Shown: one piece after another, positions 14,435 to 29,450 of the stretch
Numbering within the stretch: position 1 is the stretch's first letter
Layout: each line of letters starts with the position of its first letter
Translations under genes and position numbers: made by a program
DNA from: Eledone cirrhosa
Lineage: Eukaryota
DNA: 64,000 nt
Assembly: GCA_964016885.1 (NCBI GenBank)
Contig: OZ024741.1
Location: 130,262,001 to 130,326,000 of the forward strand
Reading direction: 5' to 3'
The notes under the pieces: generated by a model
Told to the model about the DNA's origin: nothing
Database searches by the model: none
Seen by the model: only the letters and a program-made list of their open reading frames with translations

Positions 14435-15331
14435 TCTATATATATAAAACTGGGGATGTCTGTCTGTGTGTGTGTAAGTTCGAATCCCTAAAACTCGAGA
14501 ACCACCCAACGGACTGTTTTCAAACTTTACACTTGTAATCCTTATGTTTCAGGGAGTGTTCTGAGCAAAAAAGATTCAAATTTTCAATGCCCTAGGGACC
14601 GCATTAGGCGATTTAGCGATCTCGTTCTATAATTCTTAGTCTTTCTCTTTTTAGATAGATACATACATATAACGTCGCGCCCTTAAAATATCTGTCTGTA
14701 TGTCTGGCTGTCTGCATTACGTCACTTCCCTGAGGATGTGTGCGTGTGAGTTTGAATCCCTAAAACTCGAGAAGTACGCAACCGATTTTTTTCAAACTTT
14801 ACATGTTTACATATGTTTCACATAAAAAAATTCAACTTTTTTTATCTCCTAGGGCCCACATTATGTGAAAAACTGCGTATTTTTAAATTTTTAGGGTTTT
14901 TTTTAGGCGTTACGTCAGACCGATTTCCTTGAAATTGTAACTATGTATTAGTCAGTCTCTTCTTCATACCGTAAGCAAAGAAAATCCAACTTTCTTATGG
15001 CCTAGGGCCCACATTAGGTGAAAAACTTTATTTTTATCAGCTTCTTAGGGTTTTTTGGAGGCGTTACGTCTAGCCGATTTTCCCGAAATTTAAAGGCATA
15101 TTATGCACATTAAAAAAATTCATTTTCTTGATCCGCTAGGGCCCTCATTAGGTGAAAACCTGCATTTTTCCTGCCTCATCGAGAAAAATCTTAAAGATTA
15201 TTCAGCCATCAGAGTATTCGGTTTATTTTCTTTACATATTGTCCAGGCATGCAGTTTTTCCACGATTAGGTCTGTTGGCGGCCCGCGTTCCAAAATACCT
15301 TATTCCGTGCAACGCCGGGTACCACTGCTAG
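14435..15331 (+). mobile_element. Non-autonomous Helitron
   Basis: 5' TCTATATATATAAAACTG, 3' hairpin ccgtgcaacgccgg followed by ctgCTAG|T. Internal imperfect repeats ctagggcccacattaggtgaaaa. Termini match the elements at 39003-39937 and 42488. Confidence 0.85.
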
Positions 15332-15957
15332 TATACTATAAAAAAAAGTTTCAGAAAATATGTACAAGTACATAACAAAATCACCAAAACGAATAAGCTT
15401 TCAAAACATAATGAAAACAGCACTACTAGGCACTGCACACATATTTAGTAGTAATAGTAGTTCTTTCTTTATTGACCACTAGAGAGACGGTTGGGATTGT
15501 CATATCACGTGTAAAAACAAAAAAAGTTATATTATGAAACTCCACCCGTCTCGGAAGGCGAATGAGGTTTGGGATCTTGTGGATGTTATCAGCTTTGATT
15601 TGGAAGGGCAATTTCACACTAGTCCCAGAGCAATTTTCTCGTCGGGTTCGATTCACCTCCTGGGGTGTTGTTTCCTTCTAGGATGATGCAGGACAATATC
15701 CCCCAGATATTCACCTCTGGTGGGATCCCGGAAATCTTGACCATTTCCATACTTCTTCCTAGATAAGATGGCACTGAAATACCCGCCTACGGCCAAGCCC
15801 TTGCTATGTGCTGTATGTTGAGTATTACCTCTTTCAGTGATTTTTCTACGTCAGTCTGGTTCGTTGGAAACGGCGCTGTTGAATTTTTAAAATGCAGGAA
15901 ATTTATATAGCGTTGTTGTTTCTGTAGTTGTTTTTAGTGCTGTCGACCTTGCTGGTT

Positions 15958-16040
15958 GTTTCTTGTGGTTGTGACAGTGAGCGTGTTCTTGTGGTTGTGA
16001 CAGTGAGCGTGTTCTTGTGGTTGTGACAGTGAGCGTTGTG
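15958..16040. repeat. 26-bp tandem repeat, about 3 copies
   Basis: tcttgtggttgtgacagtgagcgtgt repeated. Confidence 0.85.
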
Positions 16041-16349
16041 GTTGATGTTCGTTGGACATTTGCTGAAATCGTGATTCATGGTTTGCACGTGCAAAATATT
16101 TTTGTACTCCTTTGCAAGTTTGGAAAAAAGGCGTCAATTCTAATTTTCTTAATTTTGTGACGTAATATGTTTAACATTTGTAATATTTGGGCCGAAGGCT
16201 CTAACATTAAAAACTTGGTTTTTCTATTGGAAATGTATTTCACCCTATTTAAAGTCTGTAACGAAAAAATTAACAATGAACGTTACGCAAACTAGTGAAA
16301 ATCCCTACAAAAAAAAAAAAAAAAATTATGGCAAAAGTATACATGACGA

Positions 16350-16828
16350 CTAGTTAACCTCAGCGGGATTTGAACTCAAACCGTAAAGCACCGTAACTCT
16401 ATGCTGCAAAGCATGGCGTCCGACCATCTACCGATACTGCCAGTCCCACCACCCAAAATAATAATGGTTTCTAATTTGGCCATAAGACAAGGAGTTTTCG
16501 GTAGTGTGAAAATCGATTATGTTAACCTCAGTACTTGTGCTTTGTTTTATAGACCACGGAAGGATAAAAGTTCTACTAATTAGCTACTTATATAAGATGC
16601 AGACTTCGACCAAAGTTGAACTCCTGATGTAGAGGGGCACAACTGAATAATTGTTTCTACGTTAGGCACAAGGCCAGCAATTACCAGTGCATTACTGGTA
16701 CTTTATTTTATCGACCCCTTAAGGATGAAAGGCAAAGTTAACCTTGGCGGGATTTGAACTCAGAGAAGCAAGGGCCGTAACTCTATACGTCAAAGCATGG
16801 CGTCCAACCCTCTACCAATACTGCCAGT
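16350..16828 (-). mobile_element. Tandem cluster of three family 1 SINE copies or fragments
   Basis: Repeated gggatttgaactca...ggcgtcc...ctacc.atactgcca motifs. Confidence 0.85.
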
Positions 16829-17109
16829 ACAATTTATCAGTTGAAAACAACGACTATTGACAACAAACGCATCACAAATACACAAAGAATCAGAAAACAC
16901 ATAAATGGCATAGAGGGACATGCATACATGTATACATATATAATATAAACATACACAAAGATAGACAAACAAGCATACATACATGCATACATATGTACGT
17001 ACATGCTTAAGTGAGTGTGTGTTTATATATACACACACATGTACACACCCATATAGAGAGAGGAGAGGAAGATACAGACAGATTGATGAACAATAAGATA
17101 AACATTTTT

Positions 17110-17655
<546 letters not shown>

Positions 17656-17895
17656 CAGAGAGGGAGAGAGAGTGAAGGAGAGCCAGACTGACATATGGTC
17701 AAACAGAGTAACTAGTATGTTAGCAGAAATTCAGTGTGTATATAAATGTAGAAATAAACAGGAACCCTTTTGTGTATAAACACCTTTTCGTTGTGACAGA
17801 GAGCAATGGGTGACAAGAAGGACCACAGGCGTAGTGAAGGGATACGTGGGGGGACAAAAGTGGCGTCTTGTTGCCAGATCTGGATGGAATGTGGG

Positions 17896-18018
17896 AACAA
17901 CAGCAGCAGCAGTATCAACAACAGCAGCAACACCAACAGCAACAACAGCAACAACAACAGCAGCAGTATCAACAACAACAACAACAGCAGCAGTATCAAC
18001 AGCAGCAACAACAGCAGC

Positions 18019-18049
<31 letters not shown>

Positions 18050-18208
18050 ACAACAGCAGCAACAACAGCAACAACAACAGCAACAACAACAGCAGCAACA
18101 ACAGCAACAGCAACACCAACAGCAGCAACAACGGTAGCAACAACGGTAGCAACAAGATCAGCAACAACAACAGCAACAACAACAGCAGCAGCAACAACAG
18201 CAGCAACC

Positions 18209-18240
<32 letters not shown>

Positions 18241-18994
18241 GACAGCAGCAACAACGGTAGCAACAAGAGCAGCAACAACAACAGCAACAACAGCAACAGC
18301 AACAGCAGCAACAGCGGTAGCAACAAGAGCAGCAACAACAACAGCAACAACAGCAACAGCAACAGCAGCAACAACGGTAGCAACAAGAGGAGCAACAACA
18401 ACAACAACAACAACAGCAGCAACAACAGCAGCAGCAACAGCAACAGCAGCAACAACGGAAGCAGCAGCAACAGCAGCAGCAACAACAACAGCAACAACAG
18501 CAGCAGCAACAGCAACAGCAGCAACAACAACAGAAACACAGCAGCAACAACAGCAGCAGCAACAGCAACAGCAGCAACAACGGTAGCAACAAGAGGAGCA
18601 ACAGCAACAACAACAACAACAACAACAACAGCAACAGCAGCAGCAGCAACAGCAACAGCAGCAACACCAACAGCAACAATAGCAGCAACAACAGCAGCAG
18701 CAACAGCAGCAGCAGCAACAACCGTAGCAACAACAGTAGCAACAACAGCAGCAGCAACAGCAGCAGCAACAACAACAGCAACAACAACAGCAGCAACAAC
18801 AGCAACAACAGCAACAACGGAAGCAACAACAACAACAGCAACAACAGCAGCAACAACAGCAGCAACAACAGCAACAACAGCAACAACAGCAGCAACAACA
18901 ACAACAACAGTAACAACGGAAGCAACAACAACAACAGCAGCAACAACAGCAGCAACAACAGCAACAACAGCAACAACAGCAGCAACAACAACAG

Positions 18995-19029
<35 letters not shown>

Positions 19030-19105
19030 ACAACAGCAACAACGGAAGCAACAAGAACACCAACAACAGCAGCAGCAACAGCAGCAGCAACAACAGAAGC
19101 AAGGG
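17896..19105. repeat. 1.2-kb compound (CAA/CAG)n trinucleotide repeat
   Basis: Mixed AAC/AGC triplets with recurring aacggtagcaacaagag and aacggaagc sub-motifs. Confidence 0.95.
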
Positions 19106-19143
19106 AGCGGTAACAATATATTTCACCGTGCTTTTGCGCAATA

Positions 19144-19226
19144 GACAAGGTGTCCCCCAAATATGTATACACGCGTCAACAGCATTCTAATCAAAGTATG
19201 TATACATTTTTTGGAGACACCTTATA
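19144..19226. mobile_element. Tc1/mariner-like miniature inverted-repeat element
   Basis: TIRs caaggtgtcccccaaatatgtatac / gtatacattttttggagacacctta around a ~30-bp core. Confidence 0.6.
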
Positions 19227-19281
19227 AATATACATACATCCAGCCAGCCATGCATGCCTTCGTATATACATATGTACGTAC

Positions 19282-19312
<31 letters not shown>

Positions 19313-19387
19313 GACAGACAAACATACGTACATTCATACATACGCACATATAAACATACATACATATAGATACAATAGCACACACAC

Positions 19388-19434
<47 letters not shown>

Positions 19435-19569
19435 AGTGTGTGAATTATATATGAATATACATATATATATATGCGTATACACATACACGCACAAACATGC
19501 ATCTACCTCTCTCTCTATATATATATTCAAATGTATATATATATATACACACACATCTATGAGTGTGTG

Positions 19570-19623
<54 letters not shown>

Positions 19624-19831
19624 CACACACTCACACACAAACACACACACACACGTATGCATAGTCACACATGGTAGTGCAGTTAGATTTCCGATTTTGT
19701 TCAATACTATTTTACCTGTAGTGGTCTTTAGAAGAGACGAAAGATTGTGAAATATATGTATATGTAAGATGTAGAGTGATCAAGCACGAAATATATATAT
19801 ATATATATAACTCCCGATTGAATCCGGGATA

Positions 19832-19882
<51 letters not shown>

Positions 19883-20097
19883 AATTAGTATATCTACCAA
19901 CATATATATACAGATGCATACCTATGCTAGCAAATATATAGGTTTTGTTTTAGTAACTTTGTGGTTCAATGCAAGGAGATGCAGAACAATTATATGAAAG
20001 ACGTAAAATAACCATGTTTATTCCCTTTCAGAAACTAATTAGTTGGAGTGAAATTTTAGTAAGTAAGTTAATTTTTATAATTTTCTTATTTTACGTC

Positions 20098-20182
<85 letters not shown>

Positions 20183-20439
20183 GCAGACGCATATAATTTC
20201 CCCGAAATATCCTCATCCATTTCCAAACATTGGTCGATAACTGTTCACAAAAGCAGAAACACCATCTGATTGAGGAAACAGCAGCTTTTGGACATTTCTG
20301 CAAAGAATGTCCCGGTAGCCACCGTATGTTAAAGGAATTTGTATATAAAATTTGATGTTGGACCTTCGGCAGAAGCGGGTCGATGAACATAGACTGTTTT
20401 GGCTCTCAGTCAGTTCCAAGGAGGAATACTCCATTTCTT

Positions 20440-20720
20440 TCGACCAACAGATCAACTTTTGCATAGAATTAAAAGTATAAGTGGCTAAACATTCCACAGA
20501 CACATTAAAGCAGTTCTCAGAAAGATCCAGCGTGACACCCTATATACCTAGACTTTCATTTTGTATGACAGGTACATATAAGTAATTGTTTTCCAGCTGA
20601 GTGGACTTGAGCGAAGCAACGAGAAATATAGTGTTTTAGTCAAGGAGGCATTGAATTGCCAGAAATCGAACTCACAGTAATGACCTGAACGTCAGAACCA
20701 TTAAATCACGCCCCTTCACG
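20440..20720 (-). mobile_element. SINE family 2 (tRNA-head), diverged
   Basis: Shares gtggct...cagcgtgacac...ccagctgagtggac...aatcgaactcac blocks with 37278-38135. The minus-strand B-box reads gagttcgattt. Confidence 0.65.
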
Positions 20721-21017
20721 TTAAAGTGAACTTTATGAACTTTCATGTCTTCTCTAGATAACATATGGTGAACAACATGCTTCATGGTGGTCGTTGAAAC
20801 ACCTGTTTTATTATCACAACTCATAACGTTACAGAATGGATTACATCATAATTTGATTGCATTATACTTGCACTCCTTTTGCACCCTATTTGCACCCTAT
20901 TCCAGAGAGTCCTTTCTTTTACTATCCAATTAACGACTATCATTCCACTCCTGGTGTTCTTAGCCTGCAGAAACCAAATATTTTTGTATTTTCAGCTGGT
21001 TTTCGAATACAAGACAG

Positions 21018-21115
<98 letters not shown>

Positions 21116-21591
21116 CTCTCTCTCTCTATATATATATATGTATAATATATATATATATATATACATACATATATATATATAAGAAGACGTTGACGGGACT
21201 AGCATAAGTTTCCCTGCCAGTACCGGTTGCATTTCAGCGTACTCAATAGGTGAGGTTATGTAAATATCCCAGAATAGACACAAAGTTAATTGCTTCAATA
21301 CAACACACGTAATGGGTACCATTAATCTATGCTCGTACTCGAGTTTCAGTCACAATTAATGCAGCAAGAGAAACTACAACATCTACTGCCTTCATTTATT
21401 ATGCAACAATGCACAATTGGCTCATGTGGCTTTATCAGCGGACCTCGCCTAGTCAATAACCAATCGATCGACAGATTCGATTCTAGTCCGTGCCGCCTAT
21501 GGCAGTGACTGCGACAGGCGACAGTTAGGATTCGAAATTCTATTCATTCCGCCCCTCCATTAAGACTCACCAACATATCTCAAGTCAAATA

Positions 21592-22288
21592 CAAATAAGC
21601 GATGCAACAACACACAACACACGCACACACACACACACGCAAACGAGACAACCACACACACACACGCACACACACATTGTAGCATTCCACCATACGAACA
21701 TACTACACTGCCAATATAGATGAACAAGGCAACAACACACACACACACACACTCAAGCGAGACAACAACACACGCACACACACACAGTAACATCTAACAA
21801 ACAGGCAGAGAATGGACTGACAGCTAGCGCCATCCCACTCCCTCATTCGGCCGCTGACCTTTGTACGACCGACCCCATTTCACGCGCACGCGCGCTCTGC
21901 CGAATACCTCAGATATTCAAATCAGCAAACAGCGAAAGACGCCTTCCGGACTTGTCCGACAGACAACCTTTTCCCCCACCCCGGAAAAAAACCCCAGTTG
22001 ATGGATGTGAATCAGAAATATATAGGGACTATTAAATCTCTCCCAAGGTAACTCTCTCTTGTGTTGTTATTTTTATTTTTATCCTTTTACTCTTCCCTCC
22101 ATTCTACACATCTCACACATCTTATACACACCACGCATCTCAACGTACACCCCCTTACATCTCTCTCTCCACCACCGGAACTTGTTACCCGGAGATTTAC
22201 CCATTTGCATTGTCGAGGCTTCCAAACGACTTATAGATATTTACTTATTGTTCCACAATGCTTCAAGCAAACTTCAATACTCTCTTAT
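21592..22288 (+). mobile_element. Solo 3' UTR/pLTR copy of the PLE at 42740-43885
   Basis: Colinear, highly similar to 43230-43885, including the HHR-like motif at 21992-22027. Ends in (TA)n. No GIY-YIG ORF upstream. Confidence 0.85.
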
Positions 22289-22857
22289 ATATATATATAT
22301 ATTGGTAAACGGAATAGAAAATGCTGACAAATTGTTCACAGTTGAAAAATGGTTTAATTAGGAATAAAAGAGTATTAGTGATTGTATGAGTTAGTATTCA
22401 GTTGTGGTTTTAAGTTTTTACCGGTTGCGTATTTCTAAATGCTTTTCAAAAATAATTTTGAGATAGAGTGTCCGTGTTGTTTGCTCTGATCTGTATATAT
22501 ATTACCATCGCTGAATATTAATATCGGTAAGGTTTTTTTTATATCGATATTGTCGGGCATCCACTGATGATTTATAAGTGCCCACCTACATATATTCCTA
22601 TGGACTATGTGTGGGCTTCTACATAACCTGGACATTATTTTCCCAATTTGTAGAAAACTTATAATGAAACGATCGCTTGGAAAGAGAGATGTATTTAATT
22701 ATGTCTCATATGAAATAATACAACTGGCTATCCGCAAAATACGTATAGTTAGCACCCTAAACGTATAATTGGGATTATACTAAGGTATATCCTAATGTTT
22801 GTTGAGTGTGACGGAAGCCGGTCGGAGTATTGCTTAAAGCTTTCTCTGTTAATGTAT

Positions 22858-22900
<43 letters not shown>

Positions 22901-23018
22901 GGGGGCGGGGGGCTCTCTGTGTGCGTATGTATGTTTGTATATAAAAGGTAAACAGAAATAACAAAAATAAGAAAACAAACGACACAGTATATGTATATAT
23001 ATTATATATATATATATA

Positions 23019-23434
<416 letters not shown>

Positions 23435-23464
23435 TTATATATATATATATATAGAGAGAGAGAG

Positions 23465-23580
<116 letters not shown>

Positions 23581-24189
23581 GGCTTCTTCCGGATACTTGT
23601 TGCCGTAATTTTTAATCCCCAGGCTAGGACTAGTTTAAAAGAGCTATGGTCTCAAAAGCATTCTAGTCGTGATCATTTTTTCAGTTTCGAAGTATACTTA
23701 AAACTACATTAACCACTGTGTTATTCCATTTTTACTATGATAAGCTTTGATTTGAAGGAAATCTGGCTGCTATTTCTTGCAGATAGATAAACAACTTAAA
23801 ACTGTATTCATCGGTTATTCAATAGCAGAGAAAGTATATATGATAGGAGCCTAGCTACGAGTTCAGGTCATAGATGAGGAAGGTTGCAAGAAGAAAAGGC
23901 CGAGTCTATGAGGTAGAATGAAAGTATACGACAGAAAATCACGTGGTCGTTGGATAATAGAAAACCTTGGATTTCAACAATATCTGACCAAGGACAATAG
24001 AAGTACATGAATCAATTATAATCGAAATAACTAATTTACACTGCTAACTAATCATAATTTAACAAGTAGAGGGAAAGACTCATTTTCCCTTATATACACA
24101 CGGTCCGAACACAAAAAACCAAACTCGCACTGTAACTGCCTCCATTTCTCCCGCTCCCCCCCATCTGTAACTATTGTAAGCAAATGGTG

Positions 24190-24440
24190 GTCCACACGCA
24201 TGCGTTTTCCTGTAGGATATCGAAGGAGACGCGCTGGAAGAGTCATTCCAGCTCGTGAGGCTAAAACCTGCGGGTAACCAACTCTGTGCCGATGGTGGTG
24301 AGCAAGAGGTGGTCCTACGGCCAAGAACACCAGAAGTCTCCACTGCCACGGGCTCGACCGCAAACCTATCCGAGAGCGACCGATATTTGTAGAGTTTACC
24401 CTCCTCTGCTCGAAGTGAAGCAGAGCCTGGGTTAGTCGCA
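24190..24440 (-). mobile_element. CRE-like non-LTR retrotransposon fragment (C-terminal restriction-like endonuclease)
   Basis: Manual translation AEEGKLYKYRSLSDRFAVEPVAVETSGVLG...LLTTIG...LFQRVSFDILQENA matches the RLE pattern AExxKxxKY...PxAVETxGxxG...LFQRxSxxIQRGNA. One frameshift and stops. Confidence 0.75.
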
Positions 24441-24590
24441 GAATTAGTATAAAATACTGTAAAATGTATGTTAAGGTGGAAGTGGTGTTAATTATATATG
24501 TTCGCATGTATTGGGTGGTCTTACTCTACAGATTAACAATGGTATTTTCAAAAGCGATTCATTATCCCCACCACCAACCTACTACTACTA

Positions 24591-24630
<40 letters not shown>

Positions 24631-24654
24631 AGTAGTAGTAGTAGTAGTAGTTAG

Positions 24655-24930
24655 TGGACGCAGCATAGCTTAATGGTTAAGATATTTCCTTCGCAATATT
24701 TAGATCCGGAGTTCGATACCATTGCATAGCTTCTTTTGCTCGTGCCATTTATCAAGGCGTCCAGTCAACACATGCCTTATGAGTGGAATTGGGTAAATGG
24801 AAATTATTTGGAAGTCGGTCGAATGGACTGTGCCTATAAATTAAAGAGCAAGCTTCGTTACACACTGTCTTGCTGTTTCTCCCCAATAATTATGTTAAAG
24901 GTACAACTGCCTGTGGAACAATCAACTTTC
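24655..24930 (+). mobile_element. Diverged tRNA-head SINE
   Basis: A-box-like TAGCTTAATGG and B-box GAGTTCGATACC. Confidence 0.45.
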
Positions 24931-25444
24931 CTTTTTGGCCTTTCTGAAATTCCTCGAGCAAGGATGCTCTGTCTTTTGTGCCATACCTCTACCAAGCATT
25001 TTCTTTTGCCTGGAGTTGGCACATGTTTGGTAATTCTTTATGACTCATGATACTACAGATGAGTTGCTGCTGCTGTTGGGGATTTTCTTATGTTGATTTA
25101 CATTCAAATTGTAATTGTGTTTATATCTATGTCGTTTTAGTTTAAAAGTGTTTTTTTCTTGTTTTTTCGCTTTTAAAATCTGTCTCACGATCTGAAAAAC
25201 TCCCATTGAGGTTAACACCTCATCCCGCTACTACAGAGATGGCCATCTTGAACCACTAATAAACAAAAAATAAGTTGTTTGTAAATTATTTGTACAAAAT
25301 TTATCTAAAGACGAATCGTTTTCTATCTCATGTAATGGGTGACACATTTAAATACTCACACGCCTATTGTTGGTGAAAATAAAAATGTATCCATCGCAAA
25401 AGTCAGCGATGATGATGATGATGATGATGACAGATTCATATACC

Positions 25445-26155
25445 CCCTAACCACAAAGAAAAATGGTCTCATCTAAATGGCATTTTCTAACCTACAAGGC
25501 ACCTACCATTAATTTCACCAACTTTTTGGTATATCTACTGGAGTACCTCCCACTCAACCGTCATCTTCCTTTCCAAGTGAAACTTGGAAAAGTTCGTGCG
25601 AGTTTGACTGATGAAGAATACGTCAGTCTTCAGTCCTTTCACACAAACTGTTTCGTTATAGCCATCAAACATAGAAAAAGCGTCCGTTCTTTCCATTTAA
25701 AGGAGAGTGGGGGACAATCTCCACGTTGTACTCGGGGGAAAGCCGGATCGGTCTTACATACAATAAAAGATGTTCGACATAACTCCACAAGTAAGCGATG
25801 CTTGGACACTGAACGATTGTGTGCAACACGGTTTCGTTGCTCTGAATATATATATATTGGACAAGCACATCTGACATCACTTTAATGCCTGTAGCATTCA
25901 TCCAGAACCGATAACGCTTCCAAGGATTTCTGGACGTTATCCATCGTCCATTGGCTGAAAGTCCTCTGAAATTGACCAATAGGTTCATTCTTAGCAACGC
26001 CCAGAGGTAGATCCTGAGCAAGATGGTGTGATGATATCCATGAAGTCGGCTGGTCTCGTTTCGGGATCGAGCCGCATCAATTGAAGGCGGCTGCTTCTGG
26101 CAGGACCCGCTCGCTGAAAGGAGTGTTTGGGGACTCTATTCCCACGAACCTCCCA
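25445..26155 (-). mobile_element. L1/Tx1-like LINE ORF2 C-terminal fragment and 3' end
   Basis: QSNETVLHTIVQCPSIAYLWSYVEHLL (zinc-knuckle ETxxH...C..W motif) followed by KGLKTD...FHLERKMTVE. Decayed. Confidence 0.7.
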
Positions 26156-26159
26156 GGAA

Positions 26160-26580
26160 GAAGGAGAAGAAGAAGAAGAAGAAGAAGAAGAAGAAGGATG
26201 ATGAGGGTGAGGGAAAAAATTGAAAAAGAAAAAGAAGAAAAAGAAAAAGAAGAAAAAGAAGAAAAAGAAGAAAAAGAAGAAAAAGAAGAAAAAGAAAAAG
26301 AAGAAAAAGAAGAAAAAGAAGAAAAAGAAGAAAAAGAAGAAAAAGAAGAAAAAGAAGAAAAAGAAGAAAAAGAAGAAAAAGAAGAAAAAAAATTGAAAAA
26401 GGAAAGGTAGTGGATGAGGAGAAATGATGAGAGAAAACAGAGGAGAGCTAGGCAAGAGGAGAAGGAGAGAGTGAGAGAGAGTGAGAAGGAGGAGCAGCGA
26501 GATAGGGTAGGGGCGATGGAAGAGGTAGGAGTGATGGGGAAGGTAGGAGCAAAGAGAAGGACGAGGAGAAGGAAGAGTGT
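26160..26580. repeat. Polypurine tract (GAA)n and (GAAAAAGAA)n
   Basis: Directly visible. Confidence 0.95.
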
Positions 26581-26719
26581 ATATAATGTGGTTCAAAAGC
26601 ATATATCAGACATTGTGGTGCAAATGTAATTTAATAGTTTGTGATTAATGAGACAGAAAATACAACAACATAAACACTTCAAAAACATCTTTTGACCAGT
26701 TTTGTTGTTATTACTGGAG

Positions 26720-27700
26720 AGGTTGGTGATGTTGGTGTGGTGTATTGGTAGTAGTGATGGTGGGGTTGCTATCACTGGTGGTGATGGTACTGTTGGTGCC
26801 ACTGGTGTCTGTGAGGTTGGTGATGTTGGTGGTTGTGATGCTGTTTGTGATGTTGTTGGTGGTGGTTGTGATGTTGTTGTTGATGTTGGTGGTTGTGATG
26901 TTGTTTAGGATGTTGTTGTTGGTGGTTGTGATGTTATTTGAGATGTTGGTGTTGGTGGTTGTGGTTGTGATGTTGTTGGTGGTGGTTGTGATGTTGTTTG
27001 AGATGTTGTTGGTAGAGGTTGTGGTTGTGATGTTGTTGTTGGTGATGTTGGTGGTGGTTGTGATGTTATTTGAGATGTTGTTGGTGATGGTGGTTGTGAT
27101 GCATTTTGTGATGTTGGTGGTGGTGGTTGTGATGCTGTTTGTGATGTTTTTGTTGGTGATGGTTGTGATGCTGTTTGAGATGATGTTGGTGGTGGTTGTG
27201 ATGCTATCAGTGATGTTTTTGTTGTTGTTGCTGTTGGTGGTGGTGGTTGTGATGTTGTTTGTGAGGTTGGTGATGTTGTTGGTGGTTGTGATGTTGTTTG
27301 TGATGTTGTTGTTGGTGATAGTTGTGATCTTGTTTGTGAGGTTGGTGATGTTGTTGGTGGTTGTGATGTTGTTTGTGATGTTGTTGTTGGTGATAGTTGT
27401 GATGTTGTTTGTGAGGTTGGTGATGTTGTTGGTATTTGTGATGTTGTTTGTGATGTTGTTGTTGGTGATAGTTGTGATGCTGTTTGTGAGGTTGGTTAAG
27501 TTGTTGGTGGTTGTGATGTTGTTTGTGATGTTGTTGTTGGTGATAGTTGTGATGCTGTTTGTGAGGTTGGTGATGTTGTTGGTGGTTGTGATGTTGTGGT
27601 TGGTGATAGTTGTGATGCTGTTTGTGAGGTTGTTATTGGTAGTGGTTGTGATACTGTTTGAAATGTTGTTTCTGGCGATGCTGATGATGTTGTTCGTGCT
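26720..27700. repeat. GT-rich cryptic repeat containing a 75-bp minisatellite
   Basis: Marker gatagttg recurs at 27317, 27392, 27467 and 27542 (75-bp period). Confidence 0.85.
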
Positions 27701-28599
27701 TACGTTGGAACGTTGGCGTTGCTGTTAGTGCTTATGGTGTTAACGTTGGTGTTTATAATGACGTCTTTGTCGACGGTGTAGTTATTGTTGGTACTTCTGT
27801 TAGTAGTGCTGGTAGCGATGTTGCTGATGTTGTTTTTGATGACGTTGTTGATTGTTTTATTGTTGCTGTTGTTTTATAGTATTGCTTAGTCAGGCGGGAA
27901 ATAGTGCTCATGAACCTGTTCAGGGCCTGGGCCAAATATTTCCAACAGGATGGACTCTGTTAGTTGAACCAAATGGCCAGGTGGTGCCGTTAAATGGGGT
28001 GACAAATTATGTCAAGGAGAACACAGCAAAAATTTAAAATTATAACGGCCCGAAACAAGTAACGCAAAGGATCCTGCCCCACACTCACACGATCGCACCA
28101 ATCCGTCAGCCAAGACTGGTGGGTGCTTTATTTGGCGACATCCCAATCGTGCAAAGCAAAGTGGTGGTTCACCTCAGCGGGGATCACAACAACAACAACA
28201 ACAACTACTACTACTACTACTACTACAGCTGCAGCTGTTGCTGCCACTGTTGTTCTTGTTGTTGTAAATGATATATTTTGATGTAAAATCAAAAACAACG
28301 TATTAGAATTACGTAAAGACAGAGAGGTTCAAAGATGGTGTAAGAAAAACGAAGTTTAAACTTTTATTTGAGGACTTTGAAAACACAAGAAAACTTTTCG
28401 TCGGACAGCAAAGTAAACAGAAAACAGAGATAAAATTAAGACATAAAGAGTGAGTGAGAGAAAGAGAGTCAAAGTGACACAGAGAGTAAGTGTGAGAGAG
28501 AGAGGGCGAGAGAGGGGGTAGAACCCTGTGAATAGATGATTAAGTTGATTTAGGTGCTCGTTTAGCAGCGAGAACAAGAAGGGTACGATTATTAGATGT

Positions 28600-29450
<851 letters not shown>

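Noticed and set aside
15430-15800. Possible LINE ORF1 remnant on the minus strand (PSYLGRSMEMVKISGIPPEV...KIPNLIRL)
   Set aside because: Only faint similarity recalled, too decayed to call without a search.
22300-22860. Possible PLE RT remnant on the minus strand (LPILIFSDGNIYTD)
   Set aside because: Single weak motif with many stops and no catalytic DD motif.
24215-24392. Plus-strand terminal exon after ttttcctgtag
   Set aside because: The antisense reading matches an RLE domain far better.
27880-28190. Unique non-repetitive island, possible regulatory element or exon
   Set aside because: No diagnostic motif. It needs conservation or expression data.
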